From NCBI GenBank assembly GCA_964016885.1, contig OZ024746.1, forward strand, positions 16,554,001-16,618,000: a stretch of 64,000 bases of DNA, given 5' to 3'. Position 1 is the first letter of the stretch; each line of letters starts with the position of its first letter. A model generated the notes under the pieces. It was not told where the DNA came from. It ran no database searches and was given only the letters and a program-made list of their open reading frames with translations. A program made the translations under genes and the position numbers. Shown here one piece after another: positions 1-12,085 of this stretch. The stretch comes from Eledone cirrhosa. Taxonomy: Eukaryota.

Positions 1-40
1 AAGTTCTTTCGTCACACATTCTGTGACCTCTTCAGTGACT
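1..40 (-). ncRNA. Type I hammerhead ribozyme motif, truncated by window edge
   Basis: Minus strand reads AGUCA-CUGAAGA-G-GUCACA GAAUG UGUGAC-GAAA-GAACUU. The 3' strand of stem I lies outside the window. Same GAAAGAACUU stem III as the 43.7-43.9 kb motifs. Confidence 0.6.
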
Positions 41-303
41 AGGGATTCTTTTCTTTGTTTTGTGCCTCTCCTTTGTTCTGTCATACGCCATCTTGTTTTT
101 TCTTGAAAAAACAAGATGGCGTAGTGACTGGGGATTCTTTTCTTTGTTTTGTGCCTCTCCTTCGTTCTGTTCCCTACGCCATCTTGTTTTTTAAAGAAAA
201 AACAAGATGGCGTAGGACAGAACAAACCAACCAACCGGAAATTTATAAATTTTTAAATTTATAATTTAATTTATAATAAATTGGAGTGAAAGCAACTGGT
301 GCG

Positions 304-986
304 TGTCAGTGTTGAACAAATGAGCAACGATGGTTGCTAGACACTGTACGGCTTAATTCGGGATGTTTGTTTACAAACACACCGAACATTATAATAATTG
401 TTCGGTGAATCCATACATGTATATATGTGTGCATGTATGTATATATATATACATACTACTGTCCGTCTGTATACATATATGTATGTACGTATACATACTT
501 ATATTTAAGTAACAGCCGTACTAAGAGTGAGAAATGAAATTTCGTTTCATTTTTTCCGTTTATCGTTTTCGGTACCCCGGCCGATTAACTCACTCGATAT
601 GCAAATTAGGCTGCTCAGCCGTTAATATGCATAAGGAAAGCATATACTTTCAGACGTTCAACCATCTGGCAGGAGGGTATACGTTGCTGACGATAGCTAA
701 TAAGCTTGAAACTAGTACAGCGTTCCTTTGTCAGTGTTGAACAAATGAGCAACGATGGTTGCTAGACGCTGTACGGCTTAATTCGGGATGTTTGTTTACA
801 AACACACTGAGCATTATAATAAATGTTCGGTGAATCCATACGTACATATATATATGTGTGCATGTATGTATATATACATACTACTGTACGTCTGTATACA
901 TATATGTATGTACGTATACATACTTATATTTAAGTAACAGCCGTACTAAGAGTGAGAAATGAAATTTCGTTTCATTTTTTCCGTTT
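304..986. repeat. Direct duplication of a ~257 bp segment (304-560 and 729-986)
   Basis: Two near-identical copies starting TGTCAGTGTTGAACAAATGAG and ending TTTTTCCGTTT, offset 425 bp. Confidence 0.9.
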
Positions 987-1406
987 TCTATATATATATA
1001 TACATAATCCTTATCGAGCCCTCTTCGGATTTTAGTCTTCACTTTTATTATTACTATATATATATAAAAATAGAGAGAGAGAGAGAACCACGAATCAATG
1101 TTATTTACCAGAAAATTTAACCCCCTTTTCTTATCAGTGACAGCTGAATTACCATATCATCACCACCATCATTTAACGTCCGTTTTTCCTGCAAGCAAAT
1201 GTTGGATGGACCGTCAGTGACAAAGTCAGTACCAACCTCTCAGGCAGGCCTGAGACTCTTCCCACTCACCATGCAAAGTCCGATGGATGGTCTTTTCTTG
1301 ACAAAAAATACTTGAGTGGTTGTCGTCACGACTGAAGAGTTCTCTCAACCCTATAAATATTGTCACAACTTTTTCATAGTTTTACGATATACATAAAACA
1401 AAACCA

Positions 1407-1437
<31 letters not shown>

Positions 1438-1481
1438 AATTCAAAATATTAACAAAATAGTTATTCTTGTGATCAAGTATA

Positions 1482-1544
1482 TTTTATTATACATATTTCA
1501 GAGGTACTGAGTTAAGTTCAACAGTACGTCCTCATTAGATAAAA
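1482..1544 (-). ncRNA. Degenerate hammerhead ribozyme (core CUAAUGA)
   Basis: UUUUAU-CUAAUGA-stem II (GUACUG/CAGUAC)-GAAA-UAUGUA-UA-AUAAAA. G5 is mutated to A. Same stem III as 48405-48470. Confidence 0.6.
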
Positions 1545-1836
1545 CAAGATGATGCATGACATACCCTGACATAGTAGATGGTTAACATTCAGTCATGCTT
1601 CCAATGTATTGTAAAACTCATTCTTTGATGTATTCATTGATCCTTGTTTAACTTTTAAATATATATATATATATTTGTCTTTTACAATACAAACACTTAG
1701 GTGTTTATCATATATTAATTTATATTAACTTGTATTGCACGGCTCAGAAATGCTTCTTTCTTTGAGCTAATTAATTGTAAATGACTCTTTGAATGTATAC
1801 TCTAAATATAATATATATATAGTTTTAATATAGATG

Positions 1837-1887
1837 AGATTCTACAGGACTAGAACTGTTTCATTATTTAGAAATCATCAGGAATCT
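1837..1887 (-). ncRNA. Type I hammerhead ribozyme (inverted arm copy)
   Basis: AGAUUC-CUGAUGA-UUUCUAAAUAAU-GAAA-CAG UUCUAGUC CUG-UA-GAAUCU. Stem II is weaker than in the + copy. Confidence 0.75.
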
Positions 1888-2035
1888 GGGTATCCAAAAA
1901 TAAAAGTGGTCTTTTCAGGTGGTAGGAGAGGGTGGGGAGTGGGATGGGTAGAGGTCATTGGTTGATAGAAAAGGGAATTCATTAAAAGCTAATTCTTTAA
2001 AGCTATAATTTATATTTATTTATTTTTGGATACCC

Positions 2036-2086
2036 AGATTCCTGATGATTTCTAAAGAATGAAACAGTTCTAATCCTGTAGAATCT
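2036..2086 (+). ncRNA. Type I hammerhead ribozyme
   Basis: Stem I AGAUUC/GAAUCU, core CUGAUGA (2042-2048), stem II UUC-UAAA-GAA, GAAA (2061-2064), stem III CAG/CUG, GUA cleavage triplet. Confidence 0.85.
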
Positions 2087-2172
2087 CATCTATATTAAAA
2101 CTTTTATACTCTATGTATTGAGTACCTTACTTACTGTGGTTACCTCCGATTCAACCCGGAATAACGTACCTA

Positions 2173-2345
2173 TAAGCAAAGAATCGCTGCTTCCACCCTT
2201 AACGTTAAGGGTGAAAGCAGCGATTCTTTGCTTAAACTTTAATCTGTTATTTTAATAAATATTTGCACTACGGTTCTTATGTATTTGATATATATTTATC
2301 CTTATCGAGCCCTCTTTGGATTTTAGTCTTCAAATTTATTATTAT

Positions 2346-2350
<5 letters not shown>
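2173..2350 (+). repeat. Near-perfect 62 bp palindrome plus tail; tail repeated at 1007-1055
   Basis: TAAGCAAAGAATCGCTGCTT...AAC|GTT...AAGCAGCGATTCTTTGCTTA. The tail ATCCTTATCGAGCCCTCTT(T/C)GGATTTTAGTCTTCA occurs twice, each ending in (AT)n. Confidence 0.8.
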
Positions 2351-2385
<35 letters not shown>

Positions 2386-2715
2386 ATAATAATAATATTT
2401 GTATATATATATATATACAAATAAAGATTCAGCGAGAATCGCAAAAATCAGAAATGATACTGGCAAAGTGCTCAATATTTAAAAACTAGAGCTAAACAAT
2501 GTGTTAAGAAGCCATACAAAACTGAAAAGGTGGTCAAGAAGGCATTAACCACCCAAGCCAAAAACCAAATCAAGCTAAACAGGTCAAAACAAAATAAATG
2601 ATAAAAAATAAATAAATATATATATATATATATATATATAGTGAAAAATTGAACAGGAACAAAACAGAGAGATTCTGATATTTTGACCCTACACATATCT
2701 ACTGTGTTATTATAC

Positions 2716-2843
2716 AACCGGCTACAAATAGCAGTAGGATATCTTCCAAATCACACCCCACCCTGTTGGTAGAACTACCGGCTACAAATAGCAGTAGGGT
2801 ATCTTCCAAATCACACCCCACCCTGTTGGTAGAACTACCGGCT
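2716..2843. repeat. 60 bp tandem duplication
   Basis: ACCGGCTACAAATAGCAGTAGG...GGTAGAACT x2. Confidence 0.9.
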
Positions 2844-3221
2844 TAAATAATATTTTTTAAGATAGGTTATATTAGATAATATAGTTCTAATTCTACTGTG
2901 TTTGGGAATAAAGCAGTGCGGTTAAAGGTGAAATGGTATGTACTGTATATATAAGGAGGTTTGTTCAGTAGGGCCTGATCAAAACAACAGACAGCAACTA
3001 CATACACACATATAACTATACGCGCGCACAAATACATACAGATATACACACAATTAGATACAATATATACAACTACACGCGCACACATACATACAACGAC
3101 ATACACACACAACTACACATACACCTATATACAACCACGGGCATACATACAACAATACAATTACACACAAATACAGACACAACTATACACACATACTTGA
3201 TCCTCCGCTCTCTAATTAATA

Positions 3222-3251
3222 TCACGTGACACACTGTTGTCAAAATGGCTG
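3222..3251 (+). promoter_or_regulatory. CLEAR/E-box (TCACGTGAC) and YY1-like site (AAAATGGCT) at the COMMD8 start
   Basis: TCACGTGAC at 3222-3230, about 15 bp before the ATG. CAAAATGGCTG overlaps the start codon. Motif match only. Confidence 0.5.
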
Positions 3252-3322
3252 ACTTATTACGATGTGAAAATCCTAAAATATGGAACCTTGTTATAAAGGC
3301 TAAATTACCTCAAGTCAAATCG
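3245..3322 (+). CDS. COMMD8: COMM domain-containing protein 8, exon 1
   Basis: MADLLRCENPKIWNLVIKAKLPQVKS, AAAATG start context, phase 0 GTAAC donor. Length and Trp position fit vertebrate COMMD8 N-terminus as recalled. Confidence 0.75.
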
Positions 3323-4519
3323 GTAACAAATCATTTTATTTTTCACTTTCTAAAGATATCCTTTAGTTTTTCTTGTTTTATTAATAAATCGTCATCGCTT
3401 TGTTGAAACACGCCATTTCTGTCACCCGCATCTGATTCTGCTGTTCTTTGTGTGAGATAAATGTTGTGTAATCGGATATAGTTGATATATATTTTGTGTG
3501 GTTAGTATATTCTGTTGCCCCGTAGCACATATCTTGTTCAACTGTCCCGTGGCAGATATTATGCTGCCCCTGTCTGTATATATATGTTCATGCAGTGTAG
3601 CCGGATCATCTGATTAGTGTGTTTCTCGGTGTACCTGTGACTACTTGTGGTACAAATCTTTTGTTTATACCTGGGATTCTGAAACTCAAGGACTTAAAAG
3701 AGCCATAACGTCCTGAGGGAAGAGACACAATGAGCCAAAAATGAGATGATGAGGTGGGGGCGTGATTTCCACCAGTTATAATGCGAAACTGCAAACAGCT
3801 GATAGGCTGCTATTTATTTATTTTTCATCAAAATACACATATACGATAGTAAGTGGGATATGTGAATTAGTACAAAATGTAGGGGGATGGAAATTGTTTG
3901 CAAGCTTCGTGTTTGAGACCCTTGGTTTATACGTACACACAAGCAGTTTGTCTGTTTACGTAGCATAGTTGTATGTTGTGTATCAGTTTTTATACCTTAT
4001 GGTGGGTGTTTTCATAACTAATTATAAAGAATTCAACAAACAATTTTTATTCTCGTCTCCAGTTATACATTACTACATTAATTTTGAATTTAGGCACAAT
4101 GTCAGCAAATTTGGGGGAAGGGCAAAGTTGATTAAATTAACCCAGTATTTGACCGAAAAGATGAAAGGCAAAGTTGATCTCGGTGGGATTTGAACTCAGA
4201 ATGTAAGGTGCCGCAACAACTACCGCAATGTTATTTATTCGACATTGGTCCAATTCACCACTCTTATATAATACTACATTTTAAATCTCGAGGTGAAATG
4301 TTTAATATTCTAAATCCACCGTGTGTATGTTACTGTCGGTTTTAGAAATAAATATTAGTTTATTTCGTGACTACATCTTACAAAGTAATTAGATAACAAT
4401 AACATATGATGTGGTGGTAGTACTTCAATGATAGGTGTAGGATCTTTAGCTGTGGGTCTGGAGAAACAGGTGAGACTAATCCGGGCCCAGAAACCATTCT
4501 CACATGTGGGGATTTGCTG

Positions 4520-5200
4520 CAGTGGTAGTGGGTATGGCTCATGTCTTGTACATGGAGCGTCTCCTCTGCGCTTCTGCAATCTGTCTGGTTTCTGCTGCAC
4601 GTCTTGCCTCAAAGATTTTGCTTTGCCAAGTTCGGCGATTTGAGGCAAGTGATTTCCAGCTACTGGGGTTTATATTGAGGTTTTGAAGGGACACATTCAG
4701 ACTCAGAGAAGCTTATTGTTGTTGGGGGCAGATTACCAGATCTAAGAAGGGGATCATTGGGAGATATAGTACTGACAAGTGTAACTGCAATGATCTGCTA
4801 CTCCTCTAGACATGGGCTGCACACAACCATGTCATCACAAATACTTTTAGCCTGCCTCCCTACCAGTCAAAAGACTTTTTGGATGTTTCCACTCTTTTGG
4901 CACTGACATCTGATCAACAATCTAAGATATTGTTCATGACCTTTCGACTTGCTAGAAATACAGTACACTATCTCCACTCTATAAGGTGGTTGACGTTAGG
5001 AAGGGCATATATCTATAGAAACCATGCCAAAATGGAAAGTATGAGCAAGATGTGGTCATCTGACCCATCTAGTCTCAGACTGTGGCAACCTGTTGAACAT
5101 ATGCCATCATTGAAAACATTAAATGAAAGCATTAAACAATGATGATTCTCTCTCTCTAAGAAATTGGCTGTGTTCAAACTTGGAGAAGGGGTGGGCTCTG
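4520..5200 (+). mobile_element. Degenerate RTE-like LINE 3' fragment
   Basis: Broken frames with Cys pairs and RTE-like C-terminal text resembling the 41-42 kb element. Confidence 0.45.
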
Positions 5201-6266
5201 CCAGGTTTAAAGTGCTCAAGATACACCTTTATGACCCCATCAGGAGTTACAGATTCACACACACACATATATATATACAGAGAGAGAGAGAGAGCGTGAG
5301 ATAGCATTGGCAAAGAACATTTACTTGTGGCATGAGTGCTAACATTAGACCGATTTTGTTAGATTGTCACCACTTGTGTGACAGAAACAGATTTGACATC
5401 CATTGTAATATAGATTATTGAGAACTGTCAGTGGTAACATCAGACTAAATACTTTGTGTCATTTAATTATACTCCTTTAGGTTCTGCGAGCAAATCCTAG
5501 GAGAGTTAACTACTTTACCTTTCATATCTCCTGGGTTGCTAAAATAGAGACCAGTAATTTACTGATTTCAATATAACCAACTCTACTACTCTCTCTTTCA
5601 AAATCTGTCACATTAGAAATTGTGATGGTTCTGTATTTTATTGTCAATTTGAAGCCAAAGATATCCAAATATTGAGGCTTGACTAACAGCTTCCTTTCCA
5701 TGTCAATCACCCTTCAAGACATCTGATGTCCTCAGTCACTGAACTGCCGTTTTCCTCTGCAAAATAGGGAGGTGTGCATACCATCTAAGGAAGGAGCTCT
5801 GTAATGTGGAGTGGCTGATGTAGCAGGTGCAACTGGCTATTCCCTGCAGCAACACCTTCATATTATCTGCGGTAGACAGCTGAGATATATTACCCCTACT
5901 TGGTGAGGGGAGGGTCCCCCCCCCTCTCACTTTCATTATTTAACTTTTTTGTTTTATTACAAACATATAATTTAATTGGAATTTGTTGAAGGAAATGTGC
6001 ATTGCAAATTTATCTTTTTGTTTTGTGTATTAATTAATGAAGATAATTTACTGTGTGGTATTGTGAAGCAGGTGCTTACCATTTCTGAAAGTTGAAGTAA
6101 GGACTGCTCTAGAAGGTCCTTGTTATTAATTACCTCACCTGAAACTGTTTATTGTCAGGATTAAACACAGGTGTTTACATTATGTTAGGTTTATAGTTTA
6201 GTTGATAAAATAAAGACTTTCATATCCCCAGGTAATTGTGCTGGTCATAATGATGAGATTAATTAT

Positions 6267-6643
6267 TAGCAGGTATACAGGTGGTGTAGACTTTGAAACT
6301 AGTAGTAAGAGACTAGCAGGTATACAGGTGGTGTAGACTTTGAAACTAGTTGTAAGAAACTAGCAGGTATACAGGTGGTGTAGACTTTGAAACTAGTTGT
6401 AAGAGACTAGCAGGTATACAGGTGGTGTAGACTTTGAAACAAGTTGTAAGAAACTAGCAGGTATACAGGTGGTGTAGACTTTGAAACTAGTTGTAAGAGA
6501 CTAGCAGGTATACAGGTGGTGTAGACTTTGAAACTAGTTGTAAGAAACTAGCAGGTATACAGGTGGTGTAGACTTTGAAACTAGTTGTAAGAGACTAGCA
6601 GGTATACAGGTGGTGTAGACTTTGAAACTAGTTGTAAGAGACT
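6267..6643. repeat. 47 bp minisatellite, 8 copies
   Basis: TAGCAGGTATACAGGTGGTGTAGACTTTGAAACTAGTTGTAAGA(A/G)AC repeated. Confidence 0.95.
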
Positions 6644-7571
6644 AAGGTTCAGTTCAAAGATATTTAGATAATACATGAGCTAATCTCTTACTTCTCAGAA
6701 AACAAAGAAAAGCAGTTTATAACAAAATGTGTTATATAAGAAGATATTGATTTTTGCTTGACATTTCTTTACATTCTTTTCATTGTTAAAATATCTGCTC
6801 TAAGATTTCATATTGTATATAGCCATTAACTTTTTACAGCCTGTAATTGTTTAGCAGAAAATATATTTAAAAAGTTTGTGAATTCAAATGTTTACACTAT
6901 CTTTACTAGTGGACAGATTCTTTGGAAAATTTGTAATAAATTTGTCGTAAAGAGTAATTTTTAATGTGGTGCTGTCAATTTTGCTAAAAATAATGTTCCC
7001 CCTGTATGGTTAAATTAACTCTTAACATCCTGTAATAATTTAGCAGAAAATATCAAAAATAAGTTTAATTCAAACGTTTATAGTATCTTAACAAGTGGAC
7101 AGATTCTTGTCAATATTTGGCAGTAAACAAAAGTAAAGGCTTAAGATATGTTCGTGTGATGCAGTTATAATTGTGGTTTCCAAGCATATCTTGCTAATAT
7201 GGTTTCATGTGGTACAGGACACTGACTTAACCTTTTATCTATATTTACTATTGTATTTTCTCCGTAAAGACTTTACCTCACATTATCATCTCCCATAATA
7301 TCGAATCTATGAGGTTTTGATATTATTTAGAGAACAATACATCAGTATGAGCGTCGAGTTTGAACAGAAAGAGGTGAGAGAATTCTGGCTGGATACAGCC
7401 AGTTTAATTGATAAAGGGTTAATCTTTCACTAATTAATGAAGTCTATTGGTTGTAATTTTTATTTCCCAGATGAAGAACCCTTATTGAGTTAATCTATGG
7501 AAATATCCCAACTATGACCATCTCACTTATTTTATTCAGACACTGTGTATCTAAGACTACAATATAAAAGA

Positions 7572-7965
7572 TGGTCCATAGGAGTGCTAGAAATAGCAGC
7601 TAAATAGGGAAACCTCATGGTAGTCCATAGATGTGCTAGAAATAGCAGCTAACTAGGGGAACCATTGGTGGTACATAGGTGTGCTAGAAATAGCAGCTAA
7701 CTAGGGGAACCCATTGGTGGTCCATAGGAATGCTAGAAATATCAGCTAAATAGAAGGAACCTTATGGTAGTGCAAAGGTGTGCTAGAAATAGCAGCTAAA
7801 TAGGGGGTACCTCATGATGGTCCATAGGTATGGTAGAAATAAGGGGAACCTCATGGTGGTTCATAGGTGTGCTAGACATAGCAGCTAAATAAGGGAAACT
7901 CATGGTGTTCCATAGGTGTGCTAGAAATAGCAGCTAAATGGGGGAACCTTATTGTGGTTCATTTG
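7572..7965. repeat. Degenerate ~47 bp tandem repeat, about 8 copies
   Basis: GGTCCATAGGTGTGCTAGAAATAGCAGCTAAATAGGGGAACC units. Related to a dispersed repeat also seen near 2721 and, reversed, near 19290. Confidence 0.9.
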
Positions 7966-8882
7966 TGTATTAGGAGTGTCATCCAGTACCAAGCCTGAAA
8001 ACTGTGGTAATGTTGTGTGATGGGTTTTGTGTGGCTGACTGGCCACCCCTCCTCATCGTGGTGCCACCCAGTACCAGGCTCCAAAAATATGGTTCTACTG
8101 TGTGATGGGTTGAGCTCCAAAAATATGGTTCCATTGTGAGACAGGTTCAGCATGGCCAACTGGCCTGTCCCTCCTCATGATGGAGCCATCCAGTTCCACA
8201 CTGTAAGCGTGGTTGGTGTTAGGAAGGACATCCAGCAGTAAAATGGCCAGCCAAATTTACAGTCCTCACTGGAGAAAGGTGCGACACATGGCCAACCCTG
8301 GCCAGACTTGTCTCCTGGCATGGACGACCTGTCTAACCCATACAAGCGTCGTCGAAAAACTGACATTAAACGGAAATGATGATGGTGATGATCCTTCCTC
8401 ATTTTTAAGACTGTCAGATGGAATTTGAGTTAGAATTGGTTGCTATTCTTGGCAGGTCAAGCAAGTGTATTACAGTTGCTTCTTCATTGGCTCATTAAAA
8501 TCAAACTTCACTTCACAGCTATATCTGTGTAACTGATTGTTTGTTCAACTGAAAGCAATAGGGTGAGGTCTGGGGTGTCATAATTCTGATGAATTGGGTA
8601 CTGGATTTATGTTATGTACTGTTTTACTATACACACACACTCACTTTCTCTCTTTCACACACACATACACTATCTCTCTCTCTTCCCCTCCTCCCCCACA
8701 CCCGCTTTGACTAATTTTCTACCAACATAAACCATATCCTCTGACCATGGCAACTGTTTTGTCATCCATTAAAGCTATAGTCTTATCTTAGTATAACACC
8801 TTGTGTCTTACAAATATTTCTGTTGATTTTGGATTCTAATGGATGTTAATATTTCCATAGTGTGTTGCATAGTAACTGTGTT

Positions 8883-8945
8883 CAGGACCAGATTTAGACC
8901 TTGGTGGGGCCTGGGGCAGTTCAGGTTTGGTGAGCCTATCATATA

Positions 8946-8978
<33 letters not shown>

Positions 8979-9049
8979 AACAGAGAGAGAGAGAGAGAGA
9001 GAAGAGCATTTGCCCAGGTCATCCCACCCCCTCAATAAATCCGGCCCTA
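8883..9049. mobile_element. hAT-type MITE
   Basis: TIRs CAGGACCAGATTTA / TAAATCCGGCCCTA with 8 bp target duplication ACTGTGTT (8875-8882, 9050-9057). Confidence 0.8.
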
Positions 9050-9374
9050 ACTGTGTTATAGTTACTCTTTCACAACTTGCAGGATTCAAGCATCAAATTG
9101 GGGCTTTGCAGTAACCTTTTGGGGCTCATTGTTTGTCTGTGATGATACTGGTGACAAATTGTTTGGGCCTTTGCTTTCCCTTCAATTACATTGATGGCAC
9201 AGAAAGGGTAAACAAAATTGCACCCAAAAATGGCAGCTGGTCCAATACATACACACACAAGAGAGAGAAAAACTTTTCCTTGACCTGCTGCACCTGGGGG
9301 GGGGGGGGGGCAACTTTCCATGTGGAAATCTGTGGTTTCATGTGACAAATGGAGGTTTTTATTGTATTGAAGTA

Positions 9375-9552
9375 ATAATTGTTTCTACATTTGGCATGAG
9401 GCCAGCAATTACCCAGTACGTTACTGGTACTTTATTTTATCAACCCCCTAAGGATGAAAGGCAAAGTTATCCTCGGCAGGATTTGAACTCAGATCGTAAG
9501 GAGATGTAACTATGCTGGAAAGCATGTCCGACCCTCTACCGATACTGCCAAT
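9375..9552 (-). mobile_element. tRNA-derived SINE family A (Meta-domain-like core)
   Basis: GAGTTCAAATCC B-box, core TTTGCCTTTCATCCTT...GATAAAATAAAGTACCAG, flanking direct repeat ATTGAAGTAATAAT. Further copies near 4075, 12100, 12715, 17060, 28140, 30295, 31600(+), 49020 and 55520. Confidence 0.8.
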
Positions 9553-9747
9553 TGAAGTAATAATGTATTATTTTACTTCACTGCTGGCTAACTTCTCATC
9601 CTTCTGATAAATGAGAAGAGATTGAAGTTATTCCACAGCCTTATACTTCTTTCAAAATTTATTATAATTTGATTAGCATGAATAGAAATGTGTCAGAGTT
9701 GAGGAAAGATGTTTAACAAGTTTTTATAATGGTTGTGGCAGAGCCAA

Positions 9748-10830
9748 ACATCTTGTTGTGAGTCACTACAACAACTTTTTCCTTTCACCTTTCACTCTTG
9801 TAGAGCTGACATCTTGTTGTGAGTCACTACAACTTTTGTCTTTCACCTTTCACTCTTGTAGAGCTGACATCTTGTTGTGAGTCACTACAACTTTTGTCTT
9901 TCACCTTTCACTCTTGTAGAGCTGACATCTTGTTGTGAGTCACTACAACTTTTGTCTTTCACCTTTCACTCTTGTAGAGCTGACATCATGTGAGTCATTA
10001 CAACTTCTGCCTTTCACCTTTCACTCTTGTAGAGCTGACATCATGTGAGTCATTACAACTTCTGCCTTTCACCTTTCACTCTTGTAGAGTTGACATCATG
10101 TGAGTCACTACAACTTTTGTCTTTCACCTTTCACTCTTGTAGAGCTGACATCATGTGAGTCATTACAACTTCTGCCTTTCACCTTTCACTCTTGTAGAGC
10201 TGACATCATGTGAGTCATTACAACTTCTGCCTTTCACCTTTCACTCTTGTAGAGCTGACATCATGTGAGTCATTACAACTTCTGCCTTTCACCTTTCACT
10301 CTTGTAGAGCTGACATCATGTGAGTCATTACAACTTCTGCCTTTCACCTTTCACTCTTGTAGAGCTGACATCATGTGAGTCATTACAACTTCTGCCTTTC
10401 ACCTTTCACTCTTGTAGAGCTGACATCATGTGAGTCATTACAACTTCTGCCTTTCACCTTTCACTCTTGTAGAGCTGACATCATGTGAGTCACTACAACT
10501 TTTGTCTTTCACCTTTCACTCTTGTAGAGCTGACATCATGTGAGTCATTACAACTTTTGTCTTTCACCTTTCACTCTTGTAGAGCTGACATCATGTGAGT
10601 CATTACAACTTCTGCCTTTCACCTTTCACTCTTGTAGAGCTGACATCATGTGAGTCATTACAGCTTCTGCCTTTCACCTTTCACTCTTGTAGAGCTGACA
10701 TCATGTGAGTCATTACAGCTTCTGTCTCTATCTGACACTGATGAACAGCTGACATCTTGTGATCAATTACAGCTTCTCCTGTCTCTGACACTGATGTACA
10801 GCTGCCATCTTGTGTCATTACATTTGATAC
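9748..10830. repeat. 55/58 bp minisatellite, about 19 copies
   Basis: GCTGACATCATGTGAGTCATTACAACTTCTGCCTTTCACCTTTCACTCTTGTAGA units, degenerate at both ends. Confidence 0.95.
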
Positions 10831-11779
10831 TGTTGTAGAGTGACTTATCTATCCATGTGTGTGTAATATTTATTTATGTGTAATTCAAACTTTTTTCAAA
10901 TTTTTAAGCCTATGGTTAGGGCTGTACATTATACACAACAACTAATTGTTACTTTTGTTCCGCTCAAGTGCATTATCATAACCAGTACAGCGCGAGTGGA
11001 AGTAGATTATATTTATTCTTCAAGCTAAATGTGTAACAACATTGATACCATTTTTATGATGTTTACAATGTACAGCTATCAATATCATAGATTATATTGA
11101 TTAATGGCTAATTTACCTCTTAAAAAGTACAAAACAGCACTTTCATTGCATTACATTAGAAACTGAAGTCTGTATTTTAATCTAATACTACAGATTTTCA
11201 CAACAATTTGCCCACTAGCAAAAGATACTATAAACATGATCCCTCATAAATCCCTTTTAAAATATTTTCTAATAAACCATTATAAGGTAATAAGAGTTAA
11301 TGCAGCAAATTTTTGCCTATGAGTTGTTTGTGTGAGGTAATAAAAAGTTCACAGTTAACAATCGATCATTCTTCTTTGTTTTTTATATTAAAATTCATAA
11401 AAAGCTATGTGTCACTTCATACTATAAATAAAATACTGTCTATATCATTATCAGTGTCAATACAGTTTATGTCCCAAGTTGTTAGATGTTTCCCAGATTT
11501 TAGAATAGATACACCATACCTCTGTGTGTCAGGAAGGGAATCTGGCTATAAAATATTGTGTCAAAATATTCTGTCCAATCCATGCCAGCATGGAAATGTG
11601 GAAGTAAAAACAATGATGTTGATCAGGTGTTGTTTCCATTTTCATCACCTTCAGACATATGACATTAATGTCAACTCTGACACAGTCCTTCACCTCCTCC
11701 GACTGCTCTTCTTCCAACTTACAAAATGCTGCAAATTTTTCCCTGCCTCCCTTCTGTGTCTTGAACATGCATTGAGGTT

Positions 11780-12085
11780 TGGATTTTATGTGCGAGTCAG
11801 ATACTAGGTTTAAACAGGATTTTTATGTCAGAATCCATTACTGGACTCAAAATATATAGACTTTGTGTGAGAGTCAGATACTGAGCTCAAAACATTTAGA
11901 TTTTATATGAGAGTCAGGTACAGACTCAAAGCATCTAGATTTTATGTGACTGCTTGATACCTGGCTCAAAACATCTAGATTTTATGTCAGTCAGACACTG
12001 GACTCAAAACATCTAGATTTTATATGACAGTCTGATACTTGACTCAAAATGTCTAGGTTTTATGTCAGAATCTGTTACCACATTC
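11780..12085. repeat. Degenerate ~40 bp tandem repeat
   Basis: GATTTTATGTGAGAGTCAGATACTGGACTCAAAACATCTA-like units, about 7 copies. Confidence 0.8.

Larger units (their letters stand above)
1821..2165 (+). mobile_element. Fold-back element with hammerheads in both arms (Penelope-like pLTR remnant)
   Basis: Inverted arms 1821-1904 and 2019-2102, then an unpaired tail. Starts at an (AT)n run. Related copy at 52275-52452. Confidence 0.75.

Noticed and set aside
1325-1375. CTGAAGA motif as a hammerhead
   Set aside because: Stems could not be paired convincingly.
7572-7965. CRISPR-like array; units contain GCTAGAAATAGCA, identical to part of the Cas9 sgRNA scaffold
   Set aside because: Sequences between the motifs are homologous to each other rather than unique spacers, there are no cas genes, the context is eukaryotic, and the motif belongs to a dispersed host repeat.
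11313-11807. 164 aa ORF as a COMMD8 exon or nested gene
   Set aside because: No similarity to COMMD8 or a known domain. The COMMD8 CDS is complete without it.
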